Positions 1-8,500 of a stretch of DNA of 20,000 nucleotides are shown here, piece after piece; position 1 is the first letter of the stretch; each line of letters begins with the position of its first letter. A model generated the notes under the pieces. It saw nothing but the letters and a program-made list of their open reading frames with translations, made no database searches and had not been told where the DNA came from. The stretch comes from an uncultured virus (IMG/VR IMGVR_UViG_3300030108_000061) (Duplodnaviria > Heunggongvirae > Uroviricota > Caudoviricetes). Where the stretch lies: the IMG/VR virus record IMGVR_UViG_3300030108_000061; one strand, given 5' to 3'. The position numbers were made by a program, and so were the translations under genes.

Positions 1-2
1 AT

Positions 3-71
3 AAATTACGTAATGATTTAATAAAAATGTTAGAGTGGTTCATAGAACAGTTGAAAAAAAAGGGAGCTTAG
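3..71 (+). CDS. Probable 3' end of a convergent gene (partial; ...KLRNDLIKMLEWFIEQLKKKGA*)
   Basis: Manual translation: the frame from base 3 is open to TAG at 69-71, while the other two plus frames stop by base 21. The peptide looks like an amphipathic helix. Only 22 codons are visible, so it may be chance. Confidence 0.5.
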   Translation, partial: KLRNDLIKMLEWFIEQLKKKGA

Positions 72-80
72 TTGCTCCCT
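54..80 (-). terminator. Rho-independent terminator ending the structural operon
   Basis: Inverted repeat AGGGAGC (61-67) / GCTCCCT (74-80) with a 6-nt loop. The adjacent A8 run at 54-61 gives a U-tract after the hairpin on the minus strand. It coincides with the stop of the last minus-strand CDS. Confidence 0.85.
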
Positions 81-3000
81 AAAATACGTAATACACGTAG
101 ATGCTCTATGTTACTGTAATCGGGGTTGCCAAACTGTTTTATAAAGGCACGTTCTGCTTTCTTTCTTTGCATCTTACCCATACGTCTGTAAGATAATAAT
201 TCCTGCACATATGGAGATGCTTGTCCTGCACTACCATCTTGTAGCTTTTCTTTTATTATTTTAATAGAGCTTTTAAACTTCTCTTTTGCAGCAGCCACAC
301 CAGCTTTACGTTTACTATATTTCTTTTTATACTCTGCGCTCTGTTCGTCATACGCTGCAAGCTCATCTTTTTCTGCCAACCTAGCCATCTCAGCAGCCAA
401 TGGCAAATACTCACGTATCAAACTATTCTCAAAGTTTCTAATCGTAGGAGACTGTGATCTACTTGATATATCAAACTCTTCTAATCCAAGTGTTTTAAGA
501 TACTCTCCTGCTTTTGTTTCTCCCTTTTTCATGTTTATACCAAATAACATTCTTGTGCCTAAGCCTATTCTTTCGGCATCCTCTGTCATTATAAATTCTC
601 TTTGAGGTAAATCTCTTTCTGTCGATGGGGCAGATAGTCCTCTTTGTTTTAAGGATCGTATAAACTCGCTTGTAAATCCAGACTCCATTGATGGCTCTGG
701 CTTAAAGTCTGCGTATTCTGTGGGGCGCTCCCCTTGTAGACGCTGCGCATCCGACAGTTGGTATAATGGTGTAAACACACTAGCAGCTAACTGACCAAAG
801 AATCTACCAAGAAACTCATTTCTACGACTAGTATCTACAATGTCTTCGCTCTGCACTACAGCTTCACGCACAGTGTCAAGCATGACATTGCCTGTACCTG
901 TACGAAATGTACTACCTAAAAATGTTTCCGCTAACTCTGTCAAATCAGGATCAAAGTTTGACCAATTTCTGTCTCCAATCATACCCTGTTTTACTGCCTC
1001 TGCTATATATGCAAATTGTCTTAGGGGAAATTGTGGAGTTATATCTATAAGATTACCATCCTCTGTACGTAATTCATTATATTTTGTTCCCTTTGCATCA
1101 TCAGACATGCGATATTGATAAAAAGCATTTGCCGCACCAAGACCTATTATATTTTGTCCAAGTAGTCTAGCATCACCACGAGTTACCTCTTTACCAGTTA
1201 GCATTTTAAACAATGGCTTTGTGCCACCTGCCATGTACTTTGTCATTAACTCTATTGAGTTAAACATAAATCTTGGAAATGGGACTACAGTTGTTAAACC
1301 TGTGCGAGTAATAAAGTTTGATATATCTTTAAACAACCAAAAGTCTGGTTGCTTTGCGTAGGTAACATCAAGAGCCTTACGTGCAGCGTCATCCATTATT
1401 GCATGTATTGACCTTGCATCTGATGGTCTGACAGTTGTAGCATCGTTTAGTATATCACGTATCTTGCCTTCATCAAGAGACTTCAATAGATCCATGTCCC
1501 ATTCTTTTCGGACAAGTCTCTCTAGCTCCCCTAAAAACGTACCTCTGCGTATCATAAATTCTTGCATACGGTTTGGTATATTTACAACGCTAACCCCATC
1601 CTCAAGGACTCCATACGCCTTGTCAAATGCCTTTCCGACAACAGTTTCTGCCTGTCCTCTACCAGTTAGTTTTTGTAGCTCATTTATGCCGCCAAATAAA
1701 CTGTCATTTATATCACGTAATTCAGGTCTTTCTAATAAATACTCTGTATAATCTTTTGCTCTGAGAGGTTTTGCAAATATGTACTTCATGCCTCGCATAG
1801 CATCTGTGTAAGAACCTGTCTTGGCAAAGGGATTTATCTCTTGAAATGCTTTACCTGCTCCTACTAATTTATTTTGTTCTCTAGCAAATGCGAAGGTTGC
1901 ATCTTCAAATATATCTGCCAATGCTTCTGCAGGTGCACGTATACCAAATGATGTTACGTTACGAGCAGCAGTTGCCAACGCAGATACCATTGATCCACGT
2001 CTTATATTCTCAAATCTTAAAAAATAATTCTTCCAAAACTTACCAAGCTCAGACTTCATGTCTAACCCTGCAGCAAGTTCCGCTTGTCCTTTAGCAACAG
2101 CAGATTTTTTTCTTTTTATTTGACTTAGTTGATTAAGTATTTTACCAGCTTTTGATCCGCTACTCACCACAGATAGGATATAATCTTCAAATGATAGGCC
2201 ATAATAAGATAGCAAGTCCATTAATTCTTCTGTCTGCTTCAAGTCTCCTGTAACTGTGTAGTCAAACAAGTCATCAATTACTGTGTTCTTTGTTTTCTTT
2301 CCAAAAGCATCTGGCTTACTCTCTTTAAGTTTAGATACAACAGCAGTAAGACCATCCATTTTATCAGGGTCTAGTAAAGGATTAATTAATTGATCTGTAG
2401 ATTTTGCAAGATCAGAGTACCCCAGTGTGCCACCATCACCAGTTTTAAATGTTTCCTCTGTCTCTCTTATTATACCCAAAAAGTTTGTATCATATATCTC
2501 TTTTGTCTTACCTGCCCCTACCTCACGAACTAAGTCAGGATCAATAACTAAATTACCATCCTTATCAGTCTTTGATATTCGCTGACCTGCATCAAGATTA
2601 TTTTCTTCAAATGCACGTATTAAATCATTACGTGTTTTTACATTTTTTTCTGCTACATTTATTGCACGTTCACGCATTTTAACTGCCTCTGCAGCCTCTG
2701 CATCTATTGCCTTTTGAGCACGTGTATAATTTTCTATAGCTGCACTCTTAACGCCTAGTCTTTTACCTACCTCTTTAGCGCCTTTTTTAGTTACCCCTAC
2801 AGCACCTACGAGAGGCAAGGCACTTAGCCCTGCCAAAGCTAAATTACCGCCAGCAGCACCAATCCTACCCTCTTTAAATGCCTCTTGCGCATCTCCATAC
2901 AAAATAGGAACGTCAACGATAGAAGTAACAGGGTTAAACACAGAGTCAGCTTGTATAATTGCATTTATCTCTGATATATTTGTCATGCCACTATCTACAA

Positions 3001-3595
3001 GTTTGTTTGCAAGTTTTCTTGTAACGGCATTTGGACTAGTTAAATAACTAATTAGTCTTTCCTTTTTATCACTTGCCTTACCCACCATGACACCTGCACG
3101 TTCATATGCCTCTGTTTCTGTGTCTTTAAATAAAATACTATCAGGATTTTTTTCTTTTAACTTTTCTAAGGCTTGTTCTCTAGTTAAATTTCCATATAAT
3201 TTATCTAGTGTAGCAAAGTTTTCTTTCTTTTCATTTTCTATTTGTGTTATATAATTCTGTATCTGCTCATCACTAGCGGCTAAATCAAGTCTACGATTTT
3301 CCTCTATTTTAAATAACTCTTCTACACGTGCTCTTGCATCTTGCATTACCTCTTCATTTTTGTTCTCTATGTCTATCTGTGTGGCTATAGAGTTATCTTC
3401 AGGCACAGATGTATTGTTCTCTAAACCAGAGGGCAATGTAAATTTATTATTTTGTTTGGGGGATTCTTGAGAATCTTTAGGTAAAGCAAACTGATTGTTT
3501 GTAAATACCTCTTCTTTCTCATCAGGTATTCGCATACCTTGTGGGGGCATTGTGCCAGCCTCAAAACCTTCAGGCAATACAAAATTATTAGCCAT
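68..3595 (-). CDS. Large putative internal virion / DNA ejection protein (1175 aa)
   Basis: Long ORF, last in the structural operon. Looks mostly helical, has no Cys, a low-complexity N-terminus and a Gly/Ala-rich hydrophobic segment (GNLALAGLSALPLVGAVGV). Size and position are analogous to T7 gp16 or P22 gp16. Function is inferred from context. Confidence 0.65.
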   Translation of the reverse strand: MANNFVLPEGFEAGTMPPQGMRIPDEKEEVFTNNQFALPKDSQESPKQNNKFTLPSGLENNTSVPEDNSIATQIDIENKNEEVMQDARARVEELFKIEENRRLDLAASDEQIQNYITQIENEKKENFATLDKLYGNLTREQALEKLKEKNPDSILFKDTETEAYERAGVMVGKASDKKERLISYLTSPNAVTRKLANKLVDSGMTNISEINAIIQADSVFNPVTSIVDVPILYGDAQEAFKEGRIGAAGGNLALAGLSALPLVGAVGVTKKGAKEVGKRLGVKSAAIENYTRAQKAIDAEAAEAVKMRERAINVAEKNVKTRNDLIRAFEENNLDAGQRISKTDKDGNLVIDPDLVREVGAGKTKEIYDTNFLGIIRETEETFKTGDGGTLGYSDLAKSTDQLINPLLDPDKMDGLTAVVSKLKESKPDAFGKKTKNTVIDDLFDYTVTGDLKQTEELMDLLSYYGLSFEDYILSVVSSGSKAGKILNQLSQIKRKKSAVAKGQAELAAGLDMKSELGKFWKNYFLRFENIRRGSMVSALATAARNVTSFGIRAPAEALADIFEDATFAFAREQNKLVGAGKAFQEINPFAKTGSYTDAMRGMKYIFAKPLRAKDYTEYLLERPELRDINDSLFGGINELQKLTGRGQAETVVGKAFDKAYGVLEDGVSVVNIPNRMQEFMIRRGTFLGELERLVRKEWDMDLLKSLDEGKIRDILNDATTVRPSDARSIHAIMDDAARKALDVTYAKQPDFWLFKDISNFITRTGLTTVVPFPRFMFNSIELMTKYMAGGTKPLFKMLTGKEVTRGDARLLGQNIIGLGAANAFYQYRMSDDAKGTKYNELRTEDGNLIDITPQFPLRQFAYIAEAVKQGMIGDRNWSNFDPDLTELAETFLGSTFRTGTGNVMLDTVREAVVQSEDIVDTSRRNEFLGRFFGQLAASVFTPLYQLSDAQRLQGERPTEYADFKPEPSMESGFTSEFIRSLKQRGLSAPSTERDLPQREFIMTEDAERIGLGTRMLFGINMKKGETKAGEYLKTLGLEEFDISSRSQSPTIRNFENSLIREYLPLAAEMARLAEKDELAAYDEQSAEYKKKYSKRKAGVAAAKEKFKSSIKIIKEKLQDGSAGQASPYVQELLSYRRMGKMQRKKAERAFIKQFGNPDYSNIEHLRVLRILGSN

Positions 3596-4768
3596 TTAAG
3601 AACCTACTTGATAAAATGGAAAACTAGCACTAACACCATCAAGTGGTGCATTAGCACCTACATAAACTAATAACTTACCGTTAAAATTTACAACATCACT
3701 AAGTCTATATTGAATATCTTCAAGAGCAGCTAAGTTAGATACATTCCCTCTAAACCTATTATAATCAAATTTTGTTCCACCAGTTAAACTCTCTGGATCA
3801 GTTGCTCTACCTGCAGCAGCTACCCTTTTTGCATATGTAGTTAAATCTGATTTAGCAGTGTTTATTTCACTAGATATATGTGCAGTAAGTTTAGTATCTG
3901 AGGTAGGCACTGCGTTGTTTAAAGTCATAAGAGAGTTAGCACCACGTAGTCGTGCTATACTAACTAAACCCCCTTTACCCTGTAAATTACCAGCTATTGT
4001 CTCTGATATGTCATCATATTTAAGACCAAACTGTATAAGATTGTCCTTAAAAGCCCTGCTTGAATTTAGCAAAACATTTTCTGCAGTCATCCAGTTGTCA
4101 GGCTCTTTGCCCTTCTTTTCATCATCTTTTTGTTTGAGTGCAATTTTACCTAATATAAATTCTTCTTGTGTTTTTAGTTGAGATAATTCATTTTCGTCAG
4201 TAGTTCGCATCATCTTTTGTACAATAGAAGCATGAGCAGCATCTAAACTAGCGTATTCTTTTGGCGGTTTACCAAACGCAGCTTTTAAATATGCAGCCTT
4301 TTGATTATTTGTAGCGGTAGGCGCAGTAGGTTGTGTTAATGTTGTTTGAGATAATGCTGGAACCTCTGCAGTTTTAACTGCGGCGTCACCTGCAGCATTC
4401 ATATCATTTACAACATCCTCTGGTGTTGCATTAGGACCAGCCATTTCAAACATAACATTAGGATCAAAAAAGTCTGTCTTACCAAAATTATTTTTTGCGG
4501 CATCAATATATAACTTTGAAGCTCCTATCCCTTGACCAAGAGCTAGTTCAATATTTTTATCATTAATACCTAGTGCTTCCATTGTACCAGCGAGTTCCTC
4601 CATGATAGCATTCTTTTTATCACGTTCAGCTTTCTTTGCTGCACGTGCTCTCATAGATTCTGTCTCAGCTAAATACTGAAATCTACGCTGTTGTTCCTCT
4701 TCTGCCTCTATTTTATCTACAATAGACTCAGACATCCCAGCTAAAAAACCACCAAAGTTAAACGACAT
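3596..4768 (-). CDS. Putative internal virion / ejection protein (390 aa)
   Basis: N-terminus MSFNFGGFLAGMSESIV is followed by a charged coiled-coil-like stretch. No Cys. The start overlaps the upstream stop (TAATG) with AGGAGA 5 nt upstream, and the stop abuts the next ATG. Confidence 0.6.
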   Translation of the reverse strand: MSFNFGGFLAGMSESIVDKIEAEEEQQRRFQYLAETESMRARAAKKAERDKKNAIMEELAGTMEALGINDKNIELALGQGIGASKLYIDAAKNNFGKTDFFDPNVMFEMAGPNATPEDVVNDMNAAGDAAVKTAEVPALSQTTLTQPTAPTATNNQKAAYLKAAFGKPPKEYASLDAAHASIVQKMMRTTDENELSQLKTQEEFILGKIALKQKDDEKKGKEPDNWMTAENVLLNSSRAFKDNLIQFGLKYDDISETIAGNLQGKGGLVSIARLRGANSLMTLNNAVPTSDTKLTAHISSEINTAKSDLTTYAKRVAAAGRATDPESLTGGTKFDYNRFRGNVSNLAALEDIQYRLSDVVNFNGKLLVYVGANAPLDGVSASFPFYQVGS

Positions 4769-5313
4769 TACATTCTCCTAGCCATCAATCCTGTTTGTGG
4801 AGGTGCTTCCTCTTCCATAGGCTCATCTTGTTGCATTGCTGCATCCAATGAAACTCTTTCTACTGGAGTTTCTTCTTCTTCCAGACCACGCATAGCCTTC
4901 TTTCTTTTACGTATCTTACTCATGGCTACAGCAATTGAAGACTCAGATGGTGTGTCTTCTGTTTTTAACTCTGTACCCATATTATATTCTACATCTAACT
5001 CTTCTGCGAGATATGCTAATGTTTCCATAAGCACAGGTATAATTAATATACCTACATCAACACTATGCTTGCCTTGCATAACAGCACCACTCTGTAATGA
5101 CTCAGCAATAATAGTAAGAGGCACACCCGTTTCTATTACATTCATCAAATCTTCTTGCAAATCAGGATGCGTTATACGAGGAATATGATACTGTAATGCT
5201 TGCTCTACAGTTGTATACTGTGGGGGTTGCTGCCATGGTCTATTACCCAACTCATGTGTTAATCCCTGACCTGGTAATGCCCTTTCAAATGATACTTGTG
5301 GTACTTCAGCCAT
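4768..5313 (-). CDS. Hypothetical virion-associated protein (181 aa)
   Basis: Coupled ORF overlapping both neighbours. It has a Pro-rich PGQGLT...PWQQPPQY motif, an acidic tail and ends in TGLMARRM. Confidence 0.7.
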   Translation of the reverse strand: MAEVPQVSFERALPGQGLTHELGNRPWQQPPQYTTVEQALQYHIPRITHPDLQEDLMNVIETGVPLTIIAESLQSGAVMQGKHSVDVGILIIPVLMETLAYLAEELDVEYNMGTELKTEDTPSESSIAVAMSKIRKRKKAMRGLEEEETPVERVSLDAAMQQDEPMEEEAPPQTGLMARRM

Positions 5314-5506
5314 TCTTTAATTCCTGTCTTGCTTTTCGTATTTCCATAACATACTTTGCAATACGCTCTCTTGGTTCTAATTTATCATTAGTATTTTGCT
5401 GTGGCATACTAGGACTACGAGATAATAATCCTGTGCTTTGCACTGGTTGTTTTTTCTGTTTAGGCATTTGTAAATTTTTATATGCTTTAAAACCTGCGTT
5501 ATACAT
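5306..5506 (-). CDS. Small basic hypothetical protein (66 aa)
   Basis: Fills the gap between two larger genes. GAGG lies upstream (5514-5517, minus strand) and the gene overlaps the next one by 8 nt. Confidence 0.7.
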   Translation of the reverse strand: MYNAGFKAYKNLQMPKQKKQPVQSTGLLSRSPSMPQQNTNDKLEPRERIAKYVMEIRKARQELKNG

Positions 5507-5517
5507 TCTTATACCTC

Positions 5518-8500
5518 TTACTCTGGTGCATCTGTGCTAAATATATCAAATACTGGACCTAAAATAGAACCACCCAGTGTGCCTGTAAGATCAGATGTTA
5601 ATATTTTACCAATTAATGATCCAAATCCTACACTTGTACTATAGTCTTGTTTCATTTCTGCAAGGTCATACTGAGTATTTGATGCTATGTTTTGAATGGC
5701 AAGTCGTGTCATGCGATCTTTTTCACTCTCTGCGGCAGTCCATGCTTGCTCCATGTTATCAGAATAGAATTGCCACAGGTCATTGTATGCATCACGTGAC
5801 ATATCTAACAAAGCCTCAGAGTTTATTTCATTAGCACGATTAACTGCAGCCGTATCAGACGTTGCAATCTCTCTACGCCACTGTGCATTTGCCTGATCTA
5901 TAACTAAACGATTAGTAGCATTAAACTGCTCACGTTGATTGTTTACCTCAGTATTAAATCTTTCAATAACATTTACCTGACCTGCGTTAAATTGTGACTG
6001 TGCATTAGATTGTGTCGCATTAAACTGAGCAGTTGAGTTTGCAAGACTAGCAAAAAATTGATCTACCTGATTTTGTGAACTAGCATTAAATTGTGCAGCA
6101 GCATTCTGTGCAGCCTGATCGCTAAACAAAGATTGTGTGCGCTGCTGACCTTTAAATAGCTCCATCTGTTGTCTATTAGATAGATTTGCCATGTCCATTT
6201 GTAAAAAGTTTTGTGCATTTTGTACAACAGTCTGTTGTCTATTACTTAAATTAGCTACGTCAAGCTGAGACAAAGCAGCAGCCTCTGCCATCACAAGAGC
6301 CTGACTATTATTTAACTCCGCTAAACTTTCTGAGTTCGCTAGTCTAGAGTTCTCAAGAGCAATTTGCTGCTCTGCTGTAAAATTAACATTAGCTATATCA
6401 CTAATTTTACTTGCATTAATTACCTTTGCTTGAAATCCTTGATCAAACTCTAAGCCCATAAACTTAGCACGTTGCTCTGCAGAAAGCATAGCCATCTGCT
6501 GTTTATTAGATAGGTTTTGTGCATCAAAAGCTGCTTGTGTTGCAGCGTCAGCCTGTGCAATAGGCAATGCAGCTTCCATAGCGGCCTGTACAATAGCCTG
6601 TCCTGCTATTGAAGATGTGCCTAGTCCACGTGCAGCCATCTGTTGTGTAGCAAGCCGCATTGCTCCTGCAGCCCAAGGGGGTGTTTCACCACCCTCAAAG
6701 TCCTGCATTAATGTTTCTAACTGACCACGTACTGTTCTTTTACTATTTTCTGAAGCTTGCGCAGCGGCTACGGCATTAGTATATTTTGCTACTTTAGTTG
6801 CATCTACTGTGCCTAGACCACTAACAAGCTCTGACTGTCCAGTTTCAATATCATTTATAAGGGTACGTTCTGTCTCTTCTGTTAACTCAGCTAACTTAAC
6901 TACTTGATCAAAGTCTTCCTCTATTTTAGCGGCAGCTAGTCCATCTTCCTCTGCCATTCTGGTGGCTATACCAGTGGTTGCCTGTGTAGCTGCTGTTGAT
7001 TGCGCTGCGTCACTTACAAAGCCTGTTTGTGCCTCTATACCTGCCTCACCAGTTATATAATTAGAGGGATCTAAATTAAATCTCTCAGCAAATTGCTCTG
7101 GTGTAAACTCTCTACCACCTTGAATGTATCTATTTCGCTCTGCATCATACGTAGGGGTTTGTCCCTCTTCAAATTCTGTAGAGGCAGTTACTGCACTAAG
7201 TAGTCCTTGTGCATCAACTACCTCACCACCCTCTAATACAGCCTTAACACTACGAGCAGATGTAGCAGGAGCCATTAATGTAGCTGCAGTAGCTGCAGGT
7301 TGAGCAGCTTGTGTAGTGGATGCCAGTGTAGTTCCTAATGCAGATGCACCTACAACCTGTCCTGATGTAGGATCTACAAACTGCCCTGCCTCTTGAGCCA
7401 CACCCACAGGAACAAAAGTTGCACCAACAGGCATCCCTGGTGCTATTGCCTGTGTAGCTAGTACATCTTGTAATTGTGAAGCTGTACCTTCACTTACAAA
7501 ATCTTGTTGTGGTATAAACTGTTGTCCTAAAACACGTGGATCTGATGGTGTATATACATCAGGATCAGTTTGCCCTGTTCCTGTATCTCCCGCTGGAGGC
7601 TCTTGTTGATATAAACTAGACCCTAGCTGTATTGTATTTGCCCCTGTGCCACCTAAAGACTCTGAAAATGCTTCATCCACTGCAGATTGTTCTTCCATCT
7701 CCTCTGTAGTTGTAGTGTTAGTCCCTACTGTACCTGACTGTGCATAAATTACATTTTTCTTAGCCATTCCACCATTAGCCATCTGTATAGCCTTTTGTGT
7801 ATACATGTCCATCATTTGTTTTTTATCAGGATTATTATTTAAATAATTATTAAACCCGTTCATATCTCCTTGATAACCTAAACTACCAGCAATACGTTGC
7901 ATTGCTTGTGGCTTAAACCCACCAAACATATTTTGTTGTGTCATTGGCATATTTTGTTGTTGCATGTTAGGAACCGCCCCACCTTGTTGATATGTAAATC
8001 TTGGCATATACCCAGTTTGTTGTGGTTGATTATAAGTAATAGGTGTAAAAGCACTTGCAGGTCTATAATTTAATCCTATAGTAGGATTATAGGCTTGATT
8101 AGCTTGAAGAGATTGACCGACTACACCTGTAGAAATTTGTGCATCTGCAGGTTGATATTGGCTAACAGTCGTTCCAAATGTAGGTGTTACGGTATACGTT
8201 CCTGTAACAGGATCAACTTGTCCAACATTATCACCAACAGGCTGTACAAATTGTGGTTGCACTACAGGGGCTTGATATGTGCCACTAGTTGGTTGAAATG
8301 GTATGTTAACAGGTTGGCCTGTTCCATCCACTATTACGGGGCTATCGACCACAGGAGTTGGTGTAACTACAGGATCTGTTACGATAGGATCTGTTGCACC
8401 TGTGTCATCTATAGGATCTGTTACATCCGTATCATCCACAGGATCTGGATCTGGATTAAATATAGCATCATAACCCTCTGGATCATTTGCTTGTAATATA

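Noticed and set aside
54..83. A-AAA-AAG slippery site for a -1 frameshift at the end of the plus-strand ORF
   Set aside because: The hairpin overlaps the site rather than following it, a shift would add only a few residues, and the A-run is already explained as the terminator U-tract.
7926..7990. Internal translation start within the 1251-aa gene near MQQQNMPM...MFGGFKPQ
   Set aside because: Only a weak, poorly spaced SD-like sequence (AAGGTGGGG), which is explained by the QGG codons. Not supportable without ribosome profiling.
8340..8460. GATC cluster as a methylation or replication-origin signal
   Set aside because: It is fully explained by Asp-Pro codons (GAT CC) in a low-complexity coding tract.
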